Origin: Psammoneis japonica
Taxonomy: Eukaryota
Reading direction: 5' to 3'
Assembly (NCBI GenBank): GCA_008632985.1
Contig: QPGO01000161.1
Location: 62,001 to 126,000 of the forward strand
Length of the DNA: 64,000 nucleotides
Part shown: positions 1-11,568 of the stretch, one piece after another
Layout: each line of letters opens with the position of its first letter
Numbering within the stretch: the first letter of the stretch is position 1
Made by a program: the position numbers and the translations under genes
The notes under the pieces: generated by a model
What the model was told of the DNA's origin: nothing
What the model saw: only the letters and a program-made list of their open reading frames with translations
Databases searched by the model: none

Positions 1-932
1 ATCAAATCATCCAATTTAGTAGCCACATAGTCGCTTGTTAGCCAGTAAATAACATGGCTTGCTGGAGATTCGGATGCTTCATAGATGCGACGAAGAAAGT
101 CCTTGCGACGGCCACTGCGTTTGCTGGCATCAATAATCTTGCTTTGAACCGAACTTGGAGAAAGGCAGTAGTGCTCGTAAAGTTCATCGTCTGTGAATTC
201 CGCACCGGAGAAGCAATTCACACACTGGATTATAACCTTGGCTCGGTACTTGGTGCTCCCCGTACGGAGGTAGCAGCGACTGATTTCGGCTCCTTTAGCC
301 CCCGAGAGCGGGATAAGGACCAACACGACCTGAAAAATGTGAAATTTATTCAAGTTGAGAGGTTTGTTATTAGAAACACTTTGCTGATCGCCGCTTACGG
401 ATGGGTTGGCAATCAAGACAAACTCGGTGTCCTCCTCCTCTTCCATAGAAGAGTCGGTATCTAAGTCATCCGGCTGAAAGCAGTATTCAAACAGGTCTTG
501 CAAAATTACATCACGATGAGGACTCGAAGCAAGGCACTTCCGCACAACAGCATGGCGGCCCTTGAGGGGAAGTGATCCCAAAAGATCAACCAGACGTGCA
601 AGGGGAGGCTTGGTGGAGGGCGACTGAAAGGCTTCGCAGCACCAATTCACTTCTTGCAAAAGATCTTTGTCACCGGGAAAGTCTCCAAGGATCCCGAAAG
701 CGTTTTGGAGGCTGAAGCCTCCATAGCAACCTTGTTCTGCGAGCTCATGAGATGGCTTGCGAATGAAACAGATGTTTTTGCAACAACACTTTTTGTTGAT
801 GTCGATGAAAGTGATGACAAGGCACAACGATGCGAACGCGTATCCAACGTGATGATTCGTGCATTCCAAAGCTTTCGATCCGCGACTTCGGAGTTGAGTG
901 AGTCGTGCACCTTGCACGACACAGCTAAAAGT
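1..932 (-). CDS. Partial host gene of unknown function; runs off the window end; start exon not identified
   Basis: One minus-strand frame is stop-free from 932 to 1 (...LQDLFEYCFQPDDLDTDSSMEEEEDTEF...RRIYEASESPASHVIYW). Candidate 69-nt GTAAG..TTTTTCAG intron at 398-330. TA and CG content normal. Confidence 0.45.
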
Positions 933-1067
933 TTATGGTCATATATGCAAAAGACTGCATTCCGGCTACTCGGTTGTGTAGCTCAGATGGAAAGAGCGCC
1001 GTTTCTACTCAGATGATTGCTCGGACGTAGATTCCGAGTCTTGATTCTCATTTCCACGGAGGGCGCT

Positions 1068-1270
1068 GGTTCAAGTCCAGCCACAACTTTTTTGCTCCCA
1101 CAGCAATGTTTGCAACGCCAAAACCTCTTTGCTCAAGAGGCCACCCCCATTTCTTTTGCAAACAAAAAAGTCTTGCGCTTTTGTGTGCGACCCCCAAAAA
1201 GAGGAAACTTGGCGGATGGGAGCAGGCTGCTTTTGCACACATCATGTGTGCCAACCCAGTTTTTGCTGAG
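1068..1270 (+). repeat. Dispersed repeat, probable element terminus; second diverged copy at ~4284-4560
   Basis: GGTTCAAGTCCAGCCACAA is identical at 1068-1086 and 4284-4302, followed by patchy similarity (cccacagcaa..., gcttttgcacac...tgtgccaac). The first copy coincides with the compositional boundary. Confidence 0.6.
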
Positions 1271-3646
1271 CCAGTTCAGCGACTGGATTTTTGCATCATC
1301 TGTCTGTCACAAAGAGTCCCACAGTGTGCCAGAGCATGTGTCATGCTCATTTTCATTTCCTGGGTGTGGTTTTTCAGAGTCTTGCGTGCGGCTCCTGATT
1401 GGTGCAAAATGCTCGAGCGATGACGCCCCCCTCTGTTGCGCCCAATTTTCCACACAAGCCAGCAGCCACTGAGCACTGTGGCCATGCTCTTCAATGGTCA
1501 AAATGTTGGGTTGGAGGGTTTTCATGCCTTTGAAGTTGTTTTGCACACAAAGAATGGCGCCCAACAAAGCTTTGCCAAACAAACCCAAAACGCAATGAAG
1601 CGAGCCACCAAACACAGCCATGAAAACAACAGCTCACACACAAAAGTCACTCACAAGCATTTTTTTGCTGAGAGCTCTGACTCAAGCCACGCGTGGTTGA
1701 CACAAGGCCTTCTGTGCACCCTCCCTCAGCTGTGGGAACAAGACCCAAGACTGGTCATGCTCAGCTGGGAGGGCAACTCAAAAAACAAACAAAGCACACA
1801 ACAGCTTGCAGCTTTCACACATGATGAGCAGTTGTGTGCAAAACAAATGCAAGCCAACCTTGGCCTCACTTGGAGGAGACACCAAGCTCCAACCCTGGCA
1901 GCCATCAATGGCATGTGACGCACATGTGCAGTGCACAAATGCAGTCCACAGGAGCTGCACTGTTGATTTTCAAATTTGGAGGCAGCCTCTCCAATCACCA
2001 CACCTGGCTCCTTCAGCACCTCCAGCAGCTTCCATGAAAACACACCACCACCACCACCTGTGCTTGACTGCAACAGCATGTCAACAGATGAGTCCAGCAC
2101 ACAAGAGCTGCAAACAAGTGTTTTGAAAAAAGCTCTTTCTGGGTGCAGCTGATGTGCTCCCAGTTGAGCAGTGTGTCCAGCAACTTTCTTGCCCAAACGT
2201 GTGCACCACAACCCAAAACAGAGCTCAAATTCAAGAACAGCAAGAACATTTGAGACAGGCAAAATAGAAACACACAGATTCTGGGTCCCTGGCTGAATGT
2301 GCACTCTGAGAAAATGTGTGATGTGTTGCCACGCAAGTCAGCAGAAGCAACTTGCGATTGTAAAAAATGTCCACACCATTTTCAACCATTGGATTTTACA
2401 ATGATGTGACAATGAGCGCGAACTTCTTTTGCAAAGAGGTCTCCAATGATGTGCCTTGTGTTGAGTTTGCACACTGACTCATGCAGCCATGCTGCAACCA
2501 TGTTCTCTGAACCCTCTCATGTGGCACATGATGAATTTTGTTGCTGCATCTTTCCAACCACAAGTGGCCATTTGCAGTGACTGACACATCGTTCAAATGC
2601 TCTGACAGCACCCTTTCACATGTGATGACACCTGAAAATCTAAAATTTGGCCAACATTTTGAGTGTGTGCATTTCCATTTTGCCTGCCTCATTTGTGCAA
2701 ACACCGCCAATTGTCCTGGTGGCTGCTGTCTTGACAATCCACGCCATTGTCAGCTGCGCTCACAAACTGCTCACTCACAAATCACCAGCACTTTGAGAGC
2801 AATGGACCATTGCTCCAGCAGCACACCACACAACTGGATGGTTGCACACACAAACACACACAAAATCACAACACAGCACCGCAAGATGCACACATGATGT
2901 CAGCAGCAAAAAAAAGAAGCATCAACAGGAGGATGGAGCTGACTGGCTTTGAAATTTGCACTGCAGGCAGAGACATGTGCCCTTTTTTTCATGTGTTGCT
3001 GGCTTTTGAACTTTTGTGCTGCTTGCATCACCTTCAGAGAGGGCATTGGGAGCTTCAGGAAATGTTGAGAAAATGTTTTTCTTCTGTTTTTCATGATTGT
3101 TTGCTGTGCAAGGGGGGGCAGAGAATGCCTTGATGTTTTTGGGAAGAAATCCACACAACGATGGGCACTGCACCACCTCAAATTTTTGTGCTGAAAACAT
3201 CCACTGTCAAAAGTTAAGAGTGAAAATCACAAAATTGTGTGACTGTCAACAGATCAATGCGCTGTCAATGGAGCAGTTTCTGCTGCCATTCTGTCAAGCA
3301 AGAAGAACGTCACAGTTGCTTCAGCGCGCATCCTTTGGCTCTAAAATGAAGCATCCAACACTCTCACCAAATGATGCATTTGCTGCACAATGAACAACAG
3401 TCATTTGGGGAGTGCGCTCATCCCAAAATCACCATTGCATTTGAGCAAGGCTTTTTGCAGTGTTTGTTTTTGAACACAAGAGTCATTCACAGCCACACCC
3501 AACAGCACACAAAAACAAGAACCATCAGCACCACAATCAAAGCTGTGCACAACAATGATGACAATCATCAACATTTCTCAAAAATGCAGTTTGCCATCTG
3601 CCAACTTTTCATGTTTGCAATCTTCAACATGCGTGACAAACACAAA

Positions 3647-3795
3647 ACAAGTGGGAGTTGGCAGATGGACCACCTCCATCACAGACTTGTGGCTTGTTGT
3701 TTTTGTTGTTTTTGCCACAGCACAAGTGGGAGTTGGCAGATGGACCACCTCCGTCACAGACTTGTGGCTTGTTGTTTTTGTTGTTTTTGCCACAG
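3647..3795 (+). repeat. Tandem duplication, 75-bp unit x2
   Basis: acaagtgggagttggcagatggaccacctcc... at 3647 and 3722; differs at a CA/CG site. Confidence 0.95.
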
Positions 3796-5743
3796 TGAAG
3801 CACAGCAAAATTCAGGAAAAAGTTTTGCAAAACATGAGCTGTTCAAGGCAGCAACCGACCACCCTTGAATGTGATGTTTTCAGCAAAAATGCTGTTTTGG
3901 CTCTAAAAACAAAAGGTTGATGGTGCCAAGACAACTTCAGCACAAGTTTGTCAGTGGTTTTGTCAGCATCCCAAGAAGGTCTCTGAATGAACTTTTGCGG
4001 ACAATGCTTGTGTGATGCAGATGAGATGCGCTGCCTTTCATTTAAATTGACAGCTGTCAATTTTTTCATGTTGCTGCAAAAGGCACAAAAAAGTGATGCA
4101 CTTGACAGGAAAAGCGATGCACACAACAGGGGTCAACTTTTCCATGTGCAAATGTTTTTGTGTTGAAAAAATTCAAGGCATTTGCCAAGATTGAAAAGTG
4201 GTTGTCAATGCTGCAATGATCGCGCAAAAATTGTGCAAGACTCAAAAACTCCACCATTCTCTTGACATTTCCCAGATCTCCCAGGTTCAAGTCCAGCCAC
4301 AAAATCACACTTTTCTTTTTGGGTGCTTCGATTCAAATTTTTTGAACCAGGTCATGCCCACAGCAACATTGGCAATGCCAAACCTTCTTTGCTTGAGAGC
4401 CCACCCACAGCTCTCTTTTGGGAACAAACAAGTCATTTTTTCTCTTGCTTGTTTTTCCTGCCCCAGCTTTGTCTTTTCTGGTGCTGAAAAACAAAAAGTT
4501 GTGCCTGGCAGGCAGCTGGCTTTTGCACACAGATGTGCCAACACATTTTTTGCCAGCAGCCACTCTGACAGCCAGTGCCATCCACAAATTTTGGCTGTTG
4601 GTTGCACTTTCACAAGTCTGCCATGTTCTGGCTCAAGATGAGCCTCTCTCAAATGTCACACTTTCTTCATTTTTTTTTCTTGCAGAGCAAAAAAATTGCA
4701 ACTCATCAAAAAGAGCATCAACCTCAAAGTGGATGTGGTGGGCAGCCAAAAACAACAACAAGTGGCCAAAAGGTCCTCATCAAAAGTTGCCAAAAGCATG
4801 GGCAAGAGAGAGCAGGCTGCAGTCAACAGAAAACAATGCCAGCCGCATTTTTTGTCTTTCATGCTGTGGTCACTCTCAAAGCCACAAATCACATCACAAG
4901 AAAAAACCTGGCCACAGCTGCATCAGCATCATCTCACTGCAAAACTCTTGTGTTGAGCTTGGCCTTGAAAAGATGCTGGTTTTGTGTTTTGCAGGCCAGC
5001 GTGGGAGGAAGAATTTGCCAAGTCAAAGAAAAACAGAGAGTGGCACCACAGGGCTTCTTCTCAGGAGGGGAGTTTGGGAAGCAGCCTTGTTGGGGCATGT
5101 TTCATGAGGTGGGGCTGCAAGGCTGCCCAGCTGAGTTGCATGCCACAGGTCCAGAGGCACATGCCCACAGCACTCTTTCTGGGTTTTTTGCAATTGTGCG
5201 GGGGCAGAAAAGGTGGGTGACTCATGACAATCTCAGCACAATTGTCAGTGCAGTTTTCTTGTTGCAGGTGGTGAGTCAGTGGATGTCCCAACAATGAGGT
5301 GATTGTTGTTCAAGTCAGCAACATGCCCTGTCAATCTGCTGGTTTTCATGCAAGCACCATGCTTTGTCCTGCTCTGCTCTCATGGTGCTTTTTTAAATGT
5401 TTGTTTCAATCTGCAACTCTGCTCAAATGAGCATGATTTTCCCAGCCAGCCACAGTGTGTTTGCTTCAACTGCAATCTTCTTTGTGTGAACAAAGCATCT
5501 TGTTGTTCCATCTGAGCATTGTTTCATTCTCACACATGCCATGCTGCACCTGGCGACACAATGATCTGTCTTGTCACTGCATGCATTTCAGCATCTTTTC
5601 CTCACAGCACACCTGCCCCACACTCTTTCCACCAAGAAGGCTCTCAACACATTTCACAGCAGCACACCAACTTGTGCCTGGAGATGATGTGCTGTCAATT
5701 CCTGATGGCTCTGTGAGACCTCTTTGCCCTCATTTTTTGATGT

Positions 5744-6625
5744 GTGCATTTCTGCACAACAGTGCACCAACTCATGCCTGGAGATGGTGCACTGCTGAGC
5801 TCTGCATGGTTCTGTGCAATGATCATGGCACCCAGCAGCACATTCCTGTGGGACAACGCATTTGATCTCTGCACCTCTTTTTCTTTTGACAATTGTCCTG
5901 ACTTTGAATCAATCAAGTGCTTTGCAAATGGACTTGGGCTGGAAATTGTTGAAGAGTGTTGTTGCCACACAGGCAAAGAAGAAGGATTTCCTTGTGTGCA
6001 CAAAGTGGGGCACACCTGTGGAACTTGTGGCACTTCACTTTGCTTGCCACAAGCTGTGCCTCTGCCATGTCCTGCATTTGGAGAAGTGGTTTGCACCAAT
6101 GACATTGTCAAGAAAGCTGTTGATCCCCTGGCTTGTGGTTGGACAACACCAAGTGAGTGGCAGCTGTGTTCTCAAGCATCAAATGCTCATGGAAGGCAGT
6201 CAACCTTCAAAGGAGAGACAAGCAACTTGAAAGTTGCTCATGCAGATGTGACTGTCAACAATCTCAAGGTGACAATTGCTCATGTGTGCATGCTGGACAA
6301 CTCCAACAACATTGTTGATTCACCAACCAAGCAACCTTGTTTTTGGTTCTTGGAGAAATGCAGTCTCAGCACACAAACAATTGATGATGCCAGATCTCAT
6401 GATCTTCTTGCAGGTCTCATTGTGGCCAAAATGTTTTTTCATTGTCTCTGGAAGGAAGAAAAGCATTTAGAAGACATGACAAAAAATGAGGAACAGCACC
6501 CCACAGAACTTTTCCATGACATTGTTTCCCAGACAGAATGGCAAATGTTCTTCAACAGTTTCCTTGTCCTTTCCAATTCCAACAAGTTTGGTGTGCCAAG
6601 TCTTCAGCCACAGATTGCTTGGTGA
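5744..6625 (+). pseudogene. Degraded paralogue of Plavaka-element ORF1 (10633-11556)
   Basis: Shared motifs: FANGLGLE/FTNGFGFE, EVVCTNDIVKK/EVIRTNNVVRK, PCFWFL/PCFRFL, EWQMFFNSFLV/EWRLFVNSFLV. Confidence 0.75.
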
Positions 6626-9600
6626 AAAAACATGGTGCCAAGTTCAAGGACCTTCAAGGCAATGCCCTTTCCAGACAATCTGTTGTCTTGAAGAAAAGGC
6701 AAACACATGGGCACAACAAGAGTTTTGGAGCATTGTCCCAAGCATGTGCCTGGCTCTCAACTCAACTTCAGCAAGCAGCCAAATTGTCTTGAGGATGAGC
6801 ATGGGAGAAAGTTTCTTCCTTCAACAAAACACAAAATCAGATGCAACCTGTTTGGTTGGCACCAGCATTTACAATGATGGTGAGTTGTGTTTGATGTTGC
6901 TGTTTTGTTGTGGCCCACTCCTTTTTCTGTTTTCAAGTTCCTTCATTGAATGTGCCCAACAAAATGGCAAAGACATCCAGTGCTGGCTCCCCAGCCATTG
7001 GCTGCAAAAGACAAATGAGAACAAAAAAAAATGAAACATCGCTGGATGAAAATGAGGGGCATGTCAATCAGCACAAAGTGATGGAGGAGCACCTCAAGAG
7101 CCTTGTTGTTCCACCTGCATTGACACCACCCACAAGACATCAAGGCTGCAAGCAAAAGAGAAGCAGCGATGGAAAAAGGGGGCAATGAAGTGAAAGCCAA
7201 AAACCAATGGAAGCAGAAGGGTTGGTCCAATGAGGAAAAGAGGTTTCTTGAGAAAATGAGGAAAGAAATCAACAAGAACAAGGAAGTGGACAAAATGTGT
7301 GAGGAGTGGCAGGCAGCACACAAGCTCATGATGACCATCATGCAAGAGGCACAAAGAAGATGGAAGAGGGAGACAATGGGGAGGACACATCTGAGTTGGG
7401 TGCAAAGCCAGTGTGCAAAGAAGCACAAATCATGCTGGCAATTTTTGCATTGAGCAAATTGAGAAAAGAGTCAAACAGCGTGGAGCAAACATTTGAGTGC
7501 AACAGTTGTGTCATTGCCGTCAAGATGGGAAGGGCATTGGGAGGGGATGTGCTGACTCAGCTGGGGGCTGCTGTCAAGACCACAAAAACAGATTGTTCAA
7601 ATCATCAATCTGAGATTGACAAGACAAATCAAGTGATTTGCCAATGAAGTCACAGGCGACAATGACTGCAATCAGATTCCCAGGATGAATCATGGATTTG
7701 TGCTGCAAATCATGCAAAAAACATGGAGAAACACAGGTGTGTGCAATGACCATGCAGGGTGGGCCACACATGCCAGCATGATTTGTCAAATCCAGCCCAA
7801 GATGAGCACAGAAAGCAGAAAGCCTTTGGCTTTGCAAAACAGAGAGCACGGAACAACTTTGCAGAAGATTCCTGCACAGAAATGCACATGCACGCATGGA
7901 ACAACTTTGCAGAAAATTCTGCACAGAAATGCCCATGTGCAACACATGGCCCAGAAAATGGGAAGCCTTTGGCTTTGCAAAACAGGGAGCATGGAACAAC
8001 TTTGCTGAAGATCATGTGCAAAAATGTGCACAACATGCCATGTGCTTGGTGCATGCTCAGAAAGCTTTCACACATGGCAGTGCAGCAGCATGTGGCCACA
8101 CCTGGAGCTGGAGCACATGTCTGTCAGTGTCTTGTGGCTTTTCCTTTTTGCACACATGCACAAACAGCCAGTGCCTTTGTGCCCCTTTGTGCCAGACAGA
8201 GATGGACCCACAAGCAACCAAAAGCAACCGCAATTGACCATGAATCACAAACAGCCACAAGCAACCATGCTGGTCATCAAAAGAGATCACAGCTGGCCAC
8301 GCCAAAGCAAAGCATGTGCGCGGGTCAAAGACACCCTTGGAGAGCACACAAAGGAGCCAAACTCAACATTTGTCAACTGCCCCTCTCCTCACCTTTTGCC
8401 CTGCCTGACTCTCAAGTGCTTTTGAGGAAAATTTGCTGGGCACAGCAAAGAGGCAAGGCACAGTGCAGCATGGATCTCTCTGTCTTTTTCCTCTCTGGCT
8501 GGCTGGCTTGTCTCATTCAGCTAAAATGCAGCGTGCTTTGTTTTCACCAGAGAGATTGGGTTCCACAAGCACTTGGTCAAGCCACACTCCAGTGTCTTTT
8601 TCTGCCTGTGAAAAAGAGTTGAGACAGGCAAAAAAATCATGATGTGTGTGCATCTGCCACTCACCTGCATTTTTTCTCAAAGAAAGAATCCTGGTTGCCA
8701 AAGCCAATTCAATGGGGTTGCAGAGTTGTCTGTGCTGCAGTTGTTTTCATCATCAGTGGAAAATTGTGCCCTCACAAAAATTCCCAAAGCACAAAGTTTG
8801 CACAAGCTCCCAACAAAAATCACTGCATTGAACAGCGAGAAAGTCACACAGGATTTCACGTCAATCTGGTGCAAAATGAGTGCAAACATGTTCTCTTTGC
8901 TGCACAAGTGAAGCAAGCAAACAAGGAAATGCCAGCAGTGTTGACAGCTGTTGCTGCTGCCTTTTGTCAATCAGCTGCAGCACTCATCATAACGTCATCG
9001 CAGATGTCTGATGTTTGCATGAGTGGCAGAAAAGAGCAAATGCACATTGAGCAAAAATGTGACACTGACAGCTGACATCACTTGGCCCAGCATCTCACCT
9101 TGCAAATGCTGCATTGCAGAGCACAACAGCCAAACAAATTTGGCTGTTCAATCTCAGTGTCAGCAGATGACTCTGACATCTGAGAGGTCATTGCAGCAAG
9201 TGCAGTTGATCAACAACAAGAGCAGCAACAAGAGACATGCTCCAGTGCCAGGCAACACACAAAATGACAATTTCATTGATTTATGTGCCAAATGTGTTCC
9301 AGCAAAATTGTCTTAAACTCCAGTGTCAAATGCGTGCAAATGCCTTGTTCATGCTCCAAGGAACTGTTTCCTCAATGAGAAGCAAGCCCCAAAAGTGACA
9401 CCCACATGACAACTGACATGGCCGCACAAAGTGGTGGTGGGTGCTTTCCACCTTGTGACAACAAAAATGACGCCATCAGATCCATCACATTTTGCTCAGT
9501 CTTTGGGTGCCATTGCTTTTTGTTCACTCAAATGGCTTTGAACTTGCAGGCATTTAGTGTCTTGAAAGTCAAAGAGTTTTTGCACCTTCTTCTTGGACCA

Positions 9601-10632
9601 TTTTGACGCCCTTGTCTGAAAGTGTTCAACATGAAACAGCGCCATTGAGTCCACTCAATCAGCTTGCTCAGTCATTTGTGTGTTGGAAAGATCTGTTTCA
9701 TTGACCCCATGCATCAAACTTTTGGGCAACACATCAAGACCTGGTGCAGAATCTGTTGAAAGCAACCGATTTGTTTTTGCATGAAAAAGGCCACAGTTCA
9801 ATGTTTGCTTCAAGAAACATGTTGTGCAGACCTCACATTGTTGGTCATTGCCAACTCTTAAGTCACAAAAGCAAAGCACAGGTCTTGCAGCATTCAAACT
9901 TTTGTTGCTGGCTTGCAAGCATGCTTTGCATCACAAAAAAGAAGCAAAATCTGATTTGTCAAACTGTGAATTCTCTCAACAAACAATGGCACAAACAAGT
10001 GGAAGATTTCATCAAATTGTGCACACTCATGAGGACAAACAAAAAACACCCCCAAGGTCAATGCCCCTTTGTGGCCATCAGAGGCCGCAACACAGTGTTG
10101 TTCACTTTCCTTTGGAAAATTTGGAACATTTAATTTGACAAATGTGCGCCATTGTTGGTGACAGTTCTTTTTTTTTTTGACACTCAATTTACATTCATTG
10201 TTGCCGTTTTATGTTGGCAATTGTTGCCGTTGTGTTTTGCTTTTAAGTCACCAAAGAATTTCAATGAGCTCTTCATTGTTGAGTGATGCTTTTTGTTTTG
10301 ATTAATTTTTCACATGTTTGTGGAAACGTTAACTTTGACATTGCTTTTCAATGGCTTCACCGCAGCCTTGCGTCACCACAGACAATGGCATTTCTCCCTC
10401 GCCCCAGTCGGCCACGCAATTGCCCAGAGAGGAACACCAGCTCATCATTTCCACCTGCGCGCTCCAGTTGTCCAGTCAATCTGCCCCCACCTGCATTTTG
10501 GTGCCTTTTCTACATGCGCAGTTCTCTGCCCATTTCATGACAGTGCACCCTCTCCCCAAAATGCTTTTGAAGAGAGGGTGCACTGTTGTGAATCCTGTGC
10601 ATTCTACGTGAATCGGCAACTGACTGTTGGCC

Positions 10633-11556
10633 ATGGCGTCTGACGACTTTACCCCGTCTGACGACGAGGTTGACCCTGACCCTTCTTTCCAAATTACCAA
10701 GGACTCAAATTTTGATGAAATGGAACATTTCACCAATGGTTTCGGATTCGAATTGTTCCAACCCAAGCTCAAAAGCACAGTTGCAATGCGTGCCTCGAAA
10801 AAGAAGTTTTTGGAGTCAACAAATTGGACCCCCTCTCCAGAATTCCTTGCTCTTCCCTTCCTTTGTCACAAGCCGAAGTTGCGCCGTGTTCCTTGTGTTG
10901 CCGAAGTCATCCGCACCAACAATGTTGTAAGGAAAACCCTTGGCTGTCCCGACATTTGGTCCTGCATCATGACTCGTGGTTGGTCCATTAAGAAATCCCG
11001 TCGTGTGAAAGGCGAATGTGTCCTGCGACATAAAAATCTCGAGGAGGCTCTGCATTTCTCCAAAATGTCTGGAGAGACAGAAAAAGAACAGCAGAACCGC
11101 GTGCTTCTTCACCGCAACATCCAGGCGATGGTAGAATTTGTTTGTGCGATCATTGCCAGAGACGACCCAAATGATCCTTTATCCGGCAAGCCTTGTTTCC
11201 GATTTTTACGGTGCAAAAGTCTCCAAAGTTTGATCAACAATCGAGCCCAAGACCTCCACAGTGCCTGTTTTGTCACTGACATCGTCATGCGTTACGTTCA
11301 GCACAAGCCCAAGGACATGGACTGTTGGTTCTTGAAGATTTTCCGTCACGTCAAAACCCAAAAGGAATGGCGCCTCTTTGTCAACAGCTTTCTGGTTGTG
11401 TGCAACACTGATGATCCTGGCGCCCAGGTGGGTGAGATCAAGGGGTTCCTTGACGACTCAACCGGCAACACAAAGAACACGGTGACAATGCAAGGCAATT
11501 CCCTTGCACGCCGTGAGGCTCATGAAGAAAAAAATCAATTCCATGTTGAATCATGA
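10633..11556 (+). pseudogene. Element A ORF1, unknown transposon-associated protein (TpA-eroded)
   Basis: ~308-aa ORF just inside the left TIR. Homologues at 5744-6625 and 55349-55502 (minus). Confidence 0.65.
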
Positions 11557-11568
11557 ATTTGGGAAGCA

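Larger units (their letters stand above)
1060..10075. mobile_element. Block of old, heavily eroded transposon remnants (TpA- and CpG-depleted, TG/CA-rich)
   Basis: Near absence of TA and CG. Contains a paralogue of Plavaka-element ORF1 (5744-6625) and duplicated terminus-like segments. Confidence 0.7.

Noticed and set aside
54..1016. Plus-strand ORFs 54-464 and 654-1016 as genes
   Set aside because: They overlap a longer continuous minus-strand frame with a good intron candidate and are probably shadows. 654-1016 cannot be fully excluded.
3647..3795. Short tandem repeats (also 7820-8010, 14262-14445) as a CRISPR-like array
   Set aside because: Head-to-tail duplications without unique spacers; eukaryotic context; no cas genes.
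1017..10187. Dense overlapping Cys/His/Gln-rich ORFs in all six frames (also 23000-24900 and 35900-43400), superficially like zinc-finger or metal-binding peptides
   Set aside because: By-product of TpA loss: TAA/TAG stops are erased and TGY/CAY/CAR codons inflated. They show no coherent domains.
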